From the human T2T-CHM13v2.0 reference genome, Homo sapiens: a stretch of DNA of 64,000 nt. Both the position numbers and the translations under genes were made by a program. The DNA is taken from assembly GCF_009914755.1 (NCBI RefSeq), contig NC_060938.1, one strand, 5' to 3'. Below, piece by piece: positions 41,845-57,921 of the stretch. The notes below the pieces were generated by a model that did not search any database, was not told the DNA's origin, and worked only from the letters and a program-made list of their open reading frames with translations. Positions within the stretch are counted from its first letter, which is position 1, and the number at the start of each line of letters is the position of its first letter.

Positions 41845-42620
41845 AACAATTAAAAAATCTGAAAATATCAAGCATTGATGAGGATATGAAGCAACTAGAA
41901 TTCTCATTCTTTGCTTGTAGGTGTATCAGTGGGTGCCATCACTTTGAAACATAGTTTGGTGTTGTCTAATAGAGTTGAATGTAACATACATTCTCTGTGA
42001 CTCAGCAATCTCACATTCAGGTATATCCTCCAGAGCCATGTAAGCACATTTGTGCCAAGGTTTCCAGACAAGAGTCTTCATAGCACCAATTCTTAGTAGT
42101 ACCCCCAAACTAGAAATAACCCAAACATCCAATACTAATGGAATAGATAATTAGGATAGATCATTTATTTTGGTATATGAACACAATGGAAATGAATGAA
42201 CTGCATCTACCTGCAACAAAATGAAAGCATTTAAGAACATAATGTTGAGCGAAAAGACCCAGAAACATAAAGAGACTTAGTGTGCTACCATTTCTGTAAA
42301 CTTTAATTCATCCAAAACTCAGCAGTATTGTTTAGGGAGGCGTATGTGAATGGTCAAGTTTACAAAAATTAGCATTTGGGAGGAAATATTTTGGGAGAAT
42401 TTGGAAGGAAATACCCTCACAGAAGATAAGGTAGTGGTTACTTAACAAAAGAGAGTTATGATAAGGGAGGGTTTCAAGGGGAGTTTCCAGGGTGCTGAAC
42501 TGATAATGTCCTATTTCATGATCAGATACTAGAAACACAGGCTTTATCTTTATATTTGTTAAACTTGGATATTACTTTACATTATTCTCAGCATTCTATT
42601 TTCAACTTAAAAATTAAAAA
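41845..42620 (+). mobile_element. L1ME-like 3' fragment
   Basis: gaggatatgaagcaactagaattctca..tgactcagcaatctcac..aacataatgttgagcgaaa. Confidence 0.7.
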
Positions 42621-42829
42621 GAAATGTGGAAGCCAATGCTGGTTTAAGCAGGGCAAGGTGGTGGACTGTGAAGAATGGATTGAAGCATAATTCACTCCCC
42701 TGGGGAGTACTCCCTTTGGCTGTTTCAACACATGAATCTCAGCTAATGAATCCCCAGAAATGCCTTGACTAAAAAAAGCTTCCTTGTGTTTCAAAGTATA
42801 TCAACCCTAACATCTACTAAGTTTGGGGG

Positions 42830-43215
42830 TAATATAGTTTGGCTGTGCCCCCTTCCAAATCTCATCTCAAGTTGTAATACACATTGTAATCTCTACGTGT
42901 TGAGGGAGGAACCTGGTGGGAGGTGAATGGATCATGGGACAATTTCCCTCATGCTGTTCTTGTGATAGTGAGTGAATTCTCACGAGATCTGGTTGTTTGA
43001 TAAGTGTTTGGGGCTTCCCCTTTCTCTCTCTCTCTCTCCTGCCATCATGTAACATGTGCCTGGCTTCTCTTTCACCTTCCGCCATGATTGTACGTTTACT
43101 GAGGCCCCTCCAGACACGCGGACCTGTGAGCTGTTGGTCAATTAAACCTCTTTTGTTTGTAAATTACCCTGTCTCAGGTAGTATCTTTATCATACTGTAA
43201 GAACGAACTAATACA
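42830..43215 (+). mobile_element. MaLR solo LTR (THE1D/MSTA-like)
   Basis: atagtttggctgtg..aaatctcatc..ctggtgggaggtga..ttccgccatgattgt..attaaacctctt..actaataca. Confidence 0.92.
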
Positions 43216-44109
43216 AGGGGGTAACAGTCAAATTCATGTGTTTTCCAGATTGCTTACTATCATCATCTCCCACCAGAAAAGATATTCTGGTTGACAACAG
43301 TAATAACAGATCAGGAGTGAACCTGACTGCCATAAAACACCTCTGGGCTATCTCTTCCCTGTGGCAAAAAATTATGGGGACTTAGTAGGGAAACATCAGT
43401 AAAAAATATCTACTTGTTAATCCTTGATCTTAAGTCATTGCTTGTATTTTTGAGTAAATTGCTATGCATGTTTGTATGGATAAGTGTAGATATTTCTATT
43501 TTGTATTTTTCAACTCCTGTATTTGGGGACATGCATGAAATTTCTTGTTGCATTCCTTAGCAGAGAATATAGCTAGGTATATTTTTAAAGTCTTCATCTA
43601 AATTAATCTTTACTCTCAGATAACACATTTGCTCAGAGAACATGCAAGAAAACTTTGAGTAGGAGGTATCTAGTGGTTGTTGGCCATAGCTGATTTGACT
43701 GCTCTGCCTGTGGTTTTGCAGAAAGCTTTCATGTATTCAGCATACAAATTGTGTGATGAGCTCAAGTCGGCAAAAGTGGCCAGGGTCAAATAACTGAATC
43801 TGTTTACTTTGTGTGAGTACTGGTGACCATTTATAAATTTAATTAATAATTTGATGTCTAATTTTATAGTTTGTTAATAAGAAGAACACATGTACACACT
43901 TACACTCACCACTGATGAACAATTTAGGGAAAGGTATCCTTTTCTTCCCTGTGGGAAATATGTAAAACTAATATATGGCTCCTAATTTTGGAAAACAAAA
44001 AGTGATTTCCAAGAAGATACCCAAGATACCATTCTTGCCCTTGTTTTGCTGACAGAAGGATCCGGAATTCTTACACAGTTAAAGAACTGGTCCACAGTCA
44101 ACCTGTCAT

Positions 44110-44465
44110 TCCAGCACATGCCCCAGGTCTCTGTCTCCAAGGATTTCTTCATGCTTTTGCTTCCATCTTAATTCTTTCTCACCCTTCCCTGGCAAGTTCA
44201 AATTCTACTAATCCTTCAATGTCCTTCAATGCTCAGGTCAAATGTGTTTGAATTCATGAAGACATGTCTCTTCCTACTAGTTGGAAATACATGTATTTTC
44301 CTTTTCATTTCTATAGCACTTTGGCTAACTCATATAATCACTTTTACGTTTTATCTGCCCTATTAGATTGCATCATTGAAGGCAATGACTATGCCCTTTT
44401 CTTTCTTGATCTTCAAAGCACCTTACACATAGTAAATGCTGAAGAATGTTTGTTGAGTGAATGAT
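44110..44465 (+). mobile_element. L2 3' end
   Basis: atccttcaatg..ctcaggtcaaatg..ttgaaggcaatgact..cacatagtaaatgct..tgtttgttgagtgaatga. Confidence 0.75.
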
Positions 44466-44614
44466 TAAGCCAAAGATGTATCTGAAATGAGTAGGAGTAT
44501 GTACCCTATGAAGATGAAATCATGACCCATCATAGAGCTAAATCCACAATCATGAAACTGAACTATGGTTCTGGAGCCAATGTGACCTGTGGACACTATT
44601 GTTGAGTTCATCCT

Positions 44615-45525
44615 TGTGAACTGTAAAATCTGCATTTGTCCCTGTTTCCTGGCACACAGCTCCTAAAATCCTTGGAATCTCTAAGGTGATGAGTGTTTTT
44701 TGTATACTAATGAGATGACTGGTGGCTTGGACCCCCTAGGTAGCTTTAGGATGAGGGCTGGTCACTGGAAAGACTAAGGCATTATTAGAGGGTTGGGACT
44801 TTCAGCTCCACTCTCCAAGGGGTTGAAGGTCGAATTGACACCAATGACCAATGATATAATCATTCATAGCTAAGTAATGAGACCTTCATAAAAACCCAAA
44901 AGAACAGGATTCAGTTGAGCTTCCAGAGAGATGAACATGTCGAGGCTCCTGGAGGGTGGCACACCTGGAGAGGGCATGGAAGTTCCTTGCCTCTTCTCCC
45001 ATACCTCACACTGAGCACCTCTTTCATCTGGCTGTTCGTTTATATCCTTTGTAATATTCTCTCTAATGAATGGGTTAATATTGGCAAAGTGTTCTCCTGA
45101 GTTCTGTGAGACTCTAGCAAATTAATTGAACCCAAGAAGGGGGTCTGTGGAACCTGACTTATAGCTGGTTGGTCAGAAGTACAGGTGGAAACCTGTGCCT
45201 GCAAGTGGGACCTGAAGTAGGAGGCAGCCACAGGGGACTAAGCCCTTAACCCGTGGGATCAGCTGCTATCTCCAGGTAAATAGTGCCAGAGTTGAATTGA
45301 ATTAGAGGACACTTAGCTGATGTCTGCTGGAGGGTCTGCCACAGAATTGGTTGTTGGTGAGAAGAAATCTTCACTCATTTTGATGACAAGAGGTGATCTA
45401 TATTGAGATATAGAGTAGGAAAAACACTGGTTCTTTCTTTGTCACAGTTGATGTCAGAAGTGTGATGAGTATGACTGTGTAAGACAAAAGGAAAAACCAC
45501 TTTTGGGTTTTTCTTATTTCTTACA
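44615..45525 (+). mobile_element. MER21 LTR (ERVL-class), solo
   Basis: tttcctggcacacagctcctaaaatccttggaatctc..gagggttgggactttcagc..aattaattgaacccaag; tg...ca ends; possible TSD atcct/atcat. Strand inferred from internal TATA-like motif order. Confidence 0.88.
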
Positions 45526-46014
45526 ATCATTTTCACAGGATCATTCTTTTGTTGACAAGGTTCAGCCACATTTAGTAGATTCCCTTGTTTCTGTTCTGCC
45601 TTCGTTGGGCTTTCTCTAGTTAATTGAGTTCTTCTCACTTATGACTTTGGTTCACGTGTGGTTTTGGTTTGTCACAGCCCTGCGAGCCTTGATTCTGTCT
45701 CATGACATCTTCCCTTGAACTTTCTCTTCCAATGGGTAAACACATTTTGTATTTCTTGTTTCTTAATTCAAATTTAATTGACAGGGAGAATTTGGTTAAA
45801 ATAGCTCTATTGGAACTAAGCCATGAAAAATAGGTAACAGGTGTGTTTGTAAGTTTGTCACCCTGGGACATCTCCTCCCTCAGAATCTCATCAACAGGGT
45901 CAGGAGCTGTGGGAGGTGTTGGTGGTGTGAGCAAGCTATACATAGTAATCATCTCTAGCCCAGTCCTCAAATATATACATCCAGTCCAGACTCATTTCTG
46001 AGCTTGAGTTCTGA

Positions 46015-46510
<496 letters not shown>

Positions 46511-46514
46511 ATAC

Positions 46515-46631
46515 TTTTTTTTTAAAATACTTTAAGTTCTGGGATACATGTGCAGAATGTGGAGGTTTGTTACATAGGTATACACGTGCCATGGTGGTTT
46601 GCTGCACCCATCAACCTGTAACATACATTAG
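46515..46631 (-). mobile_element. Very short L1PA (PA7-like) 3' end
   Basis: tactttaagttctgggatacatgtgcagaa..gccatggtggtttgctgcacccatcaacc. Confidence 0.9.
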
Positions 46632-48007
46632 GACACCATTACTTTTTAAGGGAAATGTCCTTGTTGGTGTTCATAATGTTCCAGCACAAACAGTGAGTAA
46701 TTGTTATTAGATGTTTTAAAGTGAGAAAATCAATATAGCCAATAAAATAAATTAAGGAGTATTTCAACAACCACATGTTTTTGACTAAATAAAAATACAA
46801 ATTCTGTAGTTCACATACCTTAAAGTGGAAAACTATTTCAAAACAATCTTGAAATAAATTCTATTCAAGGGACTGGGGTTTGTTTTTTGTTGTTGTTCAG
46901 TTTGACAATAGCATGTCGGCACATTAACTCTCTTGAAAATTTAATTTAAATGAAGCACAATGGTAATGAAAAGGATTGATACTCTAAACCGCTCAAAATT
47001 TTTGTATAAAATCATAGCTGTGAAAACCATTTATTTTGAGAATGGGTTGACACTTCCAGGAGTTTTCCAGCTAAACTCAGCACTGACAATTTTCGAGTTA
47101 CCATATATGAGCAAGAACTGTAAGCAAATTGTTAACACTTAATTTTTTAAAACAACCAGTCTGCAACTGAGTATAAAGAATGTGTCCATGTCCCTCTAAG
47201 ACATGCAAATTTCTTATTTTTATCAAGTACATTCTGGAATGACTGTGTACCTTGAATTGTGCCCAATACATTCAATAGCGAAAATCCAGCATGTTTATCC
47301 AAGGTCAAAATCTGCTTTCAGCTCCAGAACAGCATCAGAGTTAACCTTTTTCATCACTATTTTTTGAAGCTTTTGAGAGCTATTGTGGGTTACGTGGGAT
47401 TTCAGGAAAGCTGAAAGTGTAAGAGATTTATTTAGGCATTAATCCTTCTCAAGCTAGGTCATATAAAATCACAATCTAAAAATGTTGAAATATTATAATA
47501 GAAATCAAACTATCACGAAAACTGAGATTGATTTTGAATTTAGACAAAACGATAGCATCATTCAGAACAAGTACTCAGAAGAAGAGCTACGGGAGGCTAA
47601 GCATCAAATCTTGGGTATGTTTATTATTGAATGAAAGTGATATCATTTTGAAGGTGGTTAGATTCTCCACTGGCAGCGGTTCAGATTGGTATATTCAAGT
47701 CAGAGGTGCACAAGAAAAACACCATTGTTTCTCAAAAGTGTAGTCTGTCACCTGAAGAAAATATCAGACAAGAGTGCTGGACCAAAATTAATTAATTAAA
47801 TAATTAAAATGGCCACTCAAATTCTCCACTAGGAATTTACACTTTAATCTTCCCAGAATTGTCTTATGCATGTAAAACAAACATGAGGTTAGGTACTAGG
47901 TTAGGTGAACCTTGGCACAGGTCTGTTGAGCTTTCCTGATTATTATAGCTCAGGAATGTCAGGGGCAGGCAGATAAGCAAATATTAAAGCTACAAAATTT
48001 ATAAGAT

Positions 48008-48100
48008 AATGGAAATTGTAAAACTCAAGATTTGGAGAGACAATTTCCTTTTAATGAAAATTGTAAAACTCCAATAATTGGAGAGACAATTTCCTTTTAA
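48008..48100. repeat. Tandem duplication, about 45-bp unit x2
   Basis: aatg(g/a)aaattgtaaaactc..ttggagagacaatttccttttaa occurs twice adjacently. Confidence 0.9.
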
Positions 48101-48475
48101 AGACATTTGCTTTGATAGGTATAAATAACACTTGTCATTACATGTGATACCTGCATGCCACTGCCACATGTTCCCTAGAAAACACTGATGATCAATTTCT
48201 ATCCAAAGCATGAAGGAGAACAGTGTTATTTTGGGAAGATGGTTTCATAGATCTGGTTTTGAACCAGTAATCTGAGTGTCCCAAATCTCCTCCAAGAGAC
48301 ACATTAGACAGAAGATAATTTCATCAGTTTCTCACAAAACCACCTCCATTAGAGTGTATGGACACTTGGATATGTGTCTTTATTAAAGGTTACTGGAAGA
48401 AACAATGTTAGGGGCTCCAAGATATTCCAAAATTTTGCCCAAAATACATGTGAAACTGTGTGATCTAGAGTTTAA

Positions 48476-48760
48476 GTAGTGGTTCTCAAAATGTGATCTG
48501 GGTTCCTGAGACTTTTTGAGGGGTAAACCACGTCAAAACTATTTTCATAGGAACACTGAGATGTTATTTGCGTTTCACTCTCATTCTCTCGTGAGTGCAG
48601 GGCAGAATTTTTCAAAGAATACATGGCATGGTATGTCATCACTTTGACAGCAGTGGAATAAAGCTTTGATATTCTTGTGTTTTCTAGGATTTTCTAAAGG
48701 AGTGGGTTCAAGGTGTATGTGCATTTTCAAATATTAACTATTTTTTCTCAGTATTTCTTC
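48476..48760. mobile_element. hAT-Charlie DNA transposon end
   Basis: tagtggttctcaaaatgtg terminal motif followed by gtcaaaactattttcata..gttatttg..tcactctcattctctc. Confidence 0.7.
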
Positions 48761-49366
48761 TACGCTGTTATGATACTTCTTTGGCTATGATCTCTGTATC
48801 CTCATTATGATCCAATAAATTGTTATTTTGAAATCCTGAAGTTTTCTTTGTATGCAGAAACACATCAAGAATAAACTTTGTTGTCTTAGATGGTAATAGT
48901 ACTTTTGAGTTGTTTTTGTAACATTTTCTAAATTTAAAAATCTTATATAAAACTGATATTTTAGAATTTTATAAGATCTTATTTTAAACTGAATGAATGA
49001 CATACTATAAGTAAATCTATATTTAGTGGTAGATTAGTGAGTTAAACTAAAAGACTCACTTTCTCAACCCATGGTTATACCACCTATGTCTCAATATGTT
49101 GAAAAAGATGAAACTGTCATATCCTAGGGTTCTCTTGACTCATGGAAGGAAGGAATAGACACCAAGAAAACCAGTAAAACTGTAAATAAGAAATAAAATA
49201 TGATAAGCTGTCTTTCCTGTCTTTATAGATGCTAATAATTTACTACAGACCACTGTAAGTATAAAAAGAAAAAAAAGAATTTACTTTTTTTTGTGTGTTT
49301 TGTGCAACAGAACCTTTCAGAATAGTATTATGGTGCCAATTAAGTTACAGCATCATTTTGAATTAA

Positions 49367-49829
<463 letters not shown>

Positions 49830-50139
49830 AGGAATTAGATATTTTAAAAATAGACAAGATAACCTCTTTAGAGACCAAAAAAAGTTATAACTTTTCAAAC
49901 TAGAAGTGAAAAAGCCACTGAGGTATTTAAAGGCTAAGTTACATGTTGCATTGACTGAAGGAACACACATGGTAGCTGAGACACCAATAAAGCTTTGCAT
50001 TGTTTACCTTGCTGAGTGCCTGCTGCATGAAAAGTTAGTAAAAGGAATCTCTGCAGTGACATTTTTCAGGAATACAGAAACACGTGCCATTACAGTTTTA
50101 GTTGTAAACATGAAGAATATGTCAATATATCATCTGCAG

Positions 50140-50290
50140 CATCAGGAAGATTAGCTAATGAATGCTAGGTTTAATACCTAGGTGAGGAGATGATCTGCGC
50201 TATGAACCACCGTGGCACATGTTTACCTACATAACAAACCGGCACATCCTGCATATGTACCGCTGAACTTAAAATAAAAGTTGGGGAAAA
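50140..50290 (+). mobile_element. Short L1PA (PA13-like) 3' end
   Basis: catcaggaagattagctaatg..ttaatacctaggtga..ctgaacttaaaataaaagttgg; degenerate TSD aatatatcatctgcag / aatatgttatctacag. Confidence 0.88.
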
Positions 50291-51444
50291 ATATGTTATC
50301 TACAGAATTGTATTTTGTCTTGTAGATGAGTCAATCTACTGACAGTATTAAACTTGGCGTTTTGCTTGTATTTGACCAGGGTGAACATCAACTCATTGTT
50401 GAAGATTTTCTTTTATATGAATTGGTGGCAACAAACACAAGTGGTTCTGAAATTTTCAAATTGTTGAATAATTCTTTTGAATCTCATGGTTTATCCTGAA
50501 ACAACCTGAGAATGTCTTGTAACATTAGCATTAATTACTTTTCATTATTAGTGAAATTATCAATTGTATTCATCCAGACCTTGAGTCCACATCTTCTTAC
50601 TTATCTAGGATATTCTCATGCTGGCTCTTCCATCTGCTGCTTCTCAGAAACTCTATCCCTGACAAGCTCTTGATCTGTTTACTCACTTCGTCTCCCTGAT
50701 TGGTAAGTTTCTTACTTTTAAAATACACAAGCTAACTTCTGTCTCACAGAATTATGGTGGGGATAAAAGAAGACAAACATGTGACTTTTTTGTAAGTCAA
50801 AAGGCAATCTAAAAGTATTATTATAACATATTCTTTTAAAATCTGAACTAATCTTAGGGTCCCATCAGGCAGTAGAATTGAACCCTTGAAGTCCTTTATC
50901 CTTCCATCTAACTGGATTTACATAGTTTCATACTTAAAGATTCTGATCATAGTCAGAAATTAGATAGTAATTCCATGCGTTCTATACTCTGCCTTCTATA
51001 AATAAATTGTTTACAAGATGGCTCAAGAACGTATTTGCTATGCCTCTGGCCTGCCAATATCCTTCATCTCTACTTTATTCTAACTCTGTAACAGTTTTGA
51101 AGTGAAAAAGATAATCAATACTATCTATCTGCTTGGGGAGTTTTAGTGTATTAATACTTCCCCAATAATGTAATTTATGTGGCTTTTCCTTTTTATTCAA
51201 ATCCAAATTAAAACTCAGCAGAAAGATTTTATTACCAAAACTCTGGATTTTTATGCAAGCTATACCTTATTTCCATGCGCCTTGCCTACAAATACATTCA
51301 TCCTTTTGGAAGTAACCCCTTGGTTATCTGAATTGTGTATACTATACTTCTTGACTCATGCTTTCCCAAGGATTCCACCACACATTAACTCTTCTTTCTC
51401 CTGTTACTCTTCCGATGACCCTTTGTTTTATTTTGTTTTTTTCT

Positions 51445-51463
51445 GTTGTTGTTGTTGTTGTTT
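51445..51463. repeat. (GTT)n microsatellite
   Basis: About 6 GTT units. Confidence 0.85.
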
Positions 51464-51830
51464 TGCAGACTCCTCTTCCTTTGCTCTTTGTCCAATGTAT
51501 TGTCAATGTCATCAGACCTTGCAAAGTGCCTGTGAAGTAGTCATCATCTCCATCTTCAAGAATAAACAGAAGTTTGCTCCTTTTAATCAATAGGCACATG
51601 CTAAATGCTGAAGACATGATGATAAACAACAAACATGATCTCTGCTCTCTGATAGAACTTAGAATTTCTGGTGAGATATGAACCTTAATCAATAATCACC
51701 AAAAAAGCCAGAATATAATTGCACACAGAAATAAATGCAGTGAAGGCAACATGCATCGTTCAATAAGAATATATCAGCCAGGAGCCTGACCTAGATTTGG
51801 GGAGGAGGAACAAGGAGTGAGGAAAGATTA

Positions 51831-52499
<669 letters not shown>

Positions 52500-53529
52500 T
52501 CAAGGAGAGCCGCAGGTGGAGGGACAAGCACATGTAAAGGATATTGTGACTAGAGGTAAAAGACTAAGGACGGGAGTGGTATAAGTTGAGGCTGCAGATA
52601 AAGGCAGAGGCTGTGCTGTGCAAGACTTCACAGGGCTGCCAAGGCTTCAAGTCTATTCTAAGCACAACAGGAAACCATGAAAGGGTTTCTTGCTGAGTCT
52701 TCAGGTTGAGGGGAGCCATGCTGTATGGATTAACATGGTAAGATTCATTTTGAAATGCATACTTGCAGTTATTTTAGTGCGTAAGCTTTCTCCTGGGTTC
52801 ATCTGATATCTGACTCTAGATATAGATTTGATGACAGTGAAAGTAGAAGTGGGCCATGAGGGAAATTGGCCTGCCTCCCTTTGCAAACAGCTACCCTAGG
52901 TGAGTTTGTTATAGACTTTTAAGCAAATCGGCCTCATCAGACATAATATTTGGAGCTAGTGCTGCCCTAAGAGAGCGTCAGTGGGTTTTAAGTATTTGGG
53001 GATTTGAGGATTCAGTAAATCATTTAAATCTTCCCAAACATCCCAATTTCAATTCTCAGGGTCTGTTTCCCATTCAATGCCATGATTTTCTCTGGTTGTG
53101 AATTCATAAATTTATATAAATTCTTTAAATTCTGTCTGCAGTACAATTCATCCATCCGTATGATCAAATGTTGTTTGGTTTATGGCCAGAACAGCCTTGT
53201 GGATACAAGAGAAAATGTATTATCTTGCAAAAGTATAAAATGCTCCTGACTTTTTGACAGATTTTACCCAAAGATTTAAAATCTTGAGCTCATCATTGCT
53301 TTATTGTAGGCCCTCTGACATGATTAGAAGCAGCCATTCCACCCCAAAGCCCTTGTGTTCCTCAATATCTTCAGAATTGTTGTCAGAAGCCACTCATTTT
53401 TTCAGACTTTGCACTTCTTTCCATGCAGCTGCAGCTGAAATTTAAAGGCCACTTCGCCCCTGCTTGCCATGGACTATCAGCGTCCCATCCTGTCATGTGA
53501 ACCAGGTCCTCACTTCCTTAAAACTCAAC

Positions 53530-54780
<1,251 letters not shown>

Positions 54781-54904
54781 CTGGGGACTCCTAAATTTAT
54801 TTGTTTATTTATTTATTTTATTTTTTAACTGGCTCAGGTAACCAATCCTAGATTCTCATTTCCTTGAGAATCTGTTGCTTGCAGTTACTTCCCCTAACAC
54901 TTAC

Positions 54905-55352
54905 CAATTCGATGTAAACAGAATTTACCCTGGCTAATTGAAGCATCAAGAGATTTGTAGAAAACATTGGGCAACTCATAGAAACTCCAGGAGGGCTGGA
55001 GAACCAAGCTAGGATGTTACACAGACGGGAACAATGCAATTGGGACTGCCTCTGTTGCCTGTGGTTTGCCAGTTTCCTGTGAAGACTCCAGGTGCTTCTG
55101 CCAACAAGCCTGCTTGGCATTCAAACTCCTGGTCGTGGACTCCTGCCTCATAGTGCTCACTTCTGCCTCCAACTCTTGCATTAGTCTTGATGGATGAAAT
55201 CTAGATTATATGTCTGCTTCCCATTTGAAAGGGAACCTGGAAAATACAGGAGCTCTACCTTGAGCGTGAATAAGTCACAATGTGAGAAATAGCAAACCAG
55301 TAAGATGTTGCTCAAAAGTTTCTGGGCACTAAAAAAAACATATTCCTGCTAC
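54905..55352 (-). mobile_element. Old MaLR LTR (MLT1K-like)
   Basis: aacagaatttaccctggctaatt..gggcaactcatagaa..gggctggagaacca..cctgctaca. Confidence 0.65.
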
Positions 55353-55430
55353 AATTGTACCAATAATTTTTTTCCCAGACTTTCTAGAAACTGATAAGTC
55401 TGGTGCTACTAAACATTTATAAAATGTAGT

Positions 55431-55854
55431 TGATATAGTTTAGATATTTGTTCCTGCCCAAATCTTATGTTGAAATGTAATCCCTAATGTTGAAGGTGGG
55501 ATCTGGTAGGAGGTGTTTGGATCATGGGGGTGGAACCCTCATGAATGGTTTCGGCTATCCTCTTGGTGATGAGTGAGCTTTCACTGAGTTCACACAAAAT
55601 CTGGTCATTTACAAGTGTTTGGCAACTCCCCTCCCACTGTCTCTCACTCTCATTCACTCCTGCTTTTGCCATGTGACATGCCTGCTCCCCCGTCACCTTC
55701 CGCCGTGATTGTAAGCTTCTTGAGGCTTCTCAAGAAGCAGAGCTGGTGCCAGCACCAACCTTCCTGTACAGCCTGCAGAGCCATGAGCCAATTAAACCTT
55801 TTCTTTAGAAATTACTCAGTCTAATATATAGCAATGCAATAACAGCTTAATATG
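55431..55854 (+). mobile_element. MSTB-like solo LTR
   Basis: tgatatagtttagatatttgt..ggaggtgtttggatcatggggg..cctgtacagcctgcaga..ccatgagccaattaaacct; TSD gtagt/ctagt. Confidence 0.92.
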
Positions 55855-56220
55855 CTAGTCAAGGAAAAAAAACATAAATTCTTTTTATAAAGCCTGTATA
55901 ATTTTAAAATCAACACCTTGTCAACTTCCCCCACAAAAATCTCATTAATATCAAAGCAAAAATCCTGAACAAAATACTACCAAGTGAAATCTAGTGATGC
56001 ATTTTAAATATAATTACACTATGAGTAAGCAAGTATATTCCAAGAATGGAAGAAGTTTCATAATGGAATATCTTTCAATATAATTCACCATATTAATTAG
56101 TTAAAAGAGAAAGATGATGTAATTTCTCAATAAAAGCCTACTACATGGCATTTAATGAAATTTAATTCTCACTCCTGAATTAAAAAAAAACTGGAAGAAA
56201 CATTTCATATAATAGATATT

Positions 56221-56856
56221 TGTGGGGTTCAGGATGCAGCTTTCTTTCTCCTTTCTTTTGTCAGTAGCAATCCAAATTTCCTTGAATCGTACCTATCCTC
56301 TTTCAGGCCACACACTTTGGTTAGGGCTGATACACTCAGTCCCACATGTAGGTGAGTAAGCCAAAAGCATAATGATATTTCCAACTTCTGACTACATGAG
56401 CTAATTCAGGCCCAGGATGATGTTCCAGCTCTTCAGGCTATAGGATCTTTGGTTTTCCATAGGACTTGGACCTAGGAGGCTGTAGGCTGAGCAATATAGT
56501 TAGCCATGTTGCTCTTGCCTCAAACCTAAACTAGAACCATTAGAATGTAATTCTCACGAAGCCAGGTACTTTAGTTGTCTTGTTGGCAACCATATTTCTA
56601 CACTAAAAGAGTAGTTCCTGGCACATAATAGGTACCTGATAAATATTTTCTGAATGAATGAATGATTGAAGCCACAGTTGAGGTACCTTAAGCTAAATTA
56701 TGACAAACATCTGGATCTCATTGTCACTTGAGACCCTAAATCAAACTGAACCAATCTTATGATTTTTCAATTACAGGAGGCACATTCTATTTTTGCTCAG
56801 ATCAATTTGGATGAGAGTTTTGGATATTTGCACCCAAAAAGGCCCTAACTGAAACA
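56221..56856 (+). mobile_element. Old MaLR LTR (MLT1K/L-like) split by an L2 tail
   Basis: gacttggacctaggaggctgtaggct..agccatgttg; tttcaattacagg..ttttgctcaga..ttgcacccaaaaaggccctaactgaaaca. Confidence 0.6.
56538..56666 (+). mobile_element. L2 3' end
   Basis: attagaatgtaattctcacgaag..cctggcacataatagg..ataaatattttctgaatgaatgaatga. Confidence 0.85.
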
Positions 56857-57011
56857 TTGTCTTAACATGATGTTTTAAAGCATATGAAGTCTATTCTCCT
56901 TAATTTATTGAATACATTCAATGTAGTCCCAAACAAAATTCAAGCAGGTTTTAATTGGTTCAAGACTCAACAAAATGCCACTAAAATTTATTTAAAATTA
57001 TAAATATGTGA

Positions 57012-57921
57012 TTAATTTATTTTTATTTCCATAGGTTTTTTGGGGAACAAGTGGTATTTGGTTACATGAGTAAGTTCTTTAGTGGTGATTTGTGAGATTT
57101 TGGTGCACACATCAAGCGAGCAGCATACACTGAACCCAATTTGTAGTCTTTTGCCCCCCCAACCCTTTCCCCTGAATCCCCGAAGTTCATTGTATCATTC
57201 TTATGCTTTTGCATCCTCATAGCTTAGCTCTCACTTATGATTGAGAACATACGATGTTTGGTTTTCCATTCCTGAGTTACTTCACTTAGAATAATATTCT
57301 CCAGTTCCATCAAGGTTGCTGCAAATGCCATTAATTCATTCCTTTTCATGGCTGAGTAGTATTCCATCGTATATACATATACCACAGTTTCTTTATCTAC
57401 TCATTGATTGATGGGCATTTGGGCTGGTTCCATATTTTTATAATGTGAATTATGCTGCTATTAACATGCATATATAAGTATCTTTTTAATATAATGACTT
57501 CTTTTCCTCTGGGTAGATACCCAGTAGTGGGATTGCTGGATCAAATGGTAGTTCTACATTTAGTTCTATAAGGAATCTCTACACAGTTTTCCATAGTGAT
57601 TATACTAGTTTACTTTCCCACCAGCAGTGTAGAAGTGTTCCCTTTTCACTGCATCCACACCAACATCTAATATTTTTAGATTTTTTATTATGGCCATTCT
57701 TGTAGGAGTAAGGTGGCATTGCATTGTGGTTTTGATTTGCATTTCCCTGATCGTTAGTGATGTTGAGCATGTTTTTCATATGTTTGTTGGCCATTTGTAT
57801 ATCTTCTTTTGGGAATTGTCTATTAATGTCCTTAGCTCACTTTTTGGTAAAATTATTTGTTTTATCAAATTTTTTTTTAGTTCCTTGTAGACTGTAGATA
57901 TTAGTCATTTGTCAGATGTAT
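57012..57921 (-). mobile_element. L1PB (PB1-like) 3' end
   Basis: ggggaacaagtggtatttggttacatgagtaagttctttagtggtgattt..; ORF2-end homology at 57600-57900. Confidence 0.92.

Noticed and set aside
51177-51692. 138-aa and 116-aa ORFs with poly-Cys/poly-Thr
   Set aside because: Homopolymers come from the (GTT)n microsatellite; no homology recognised.
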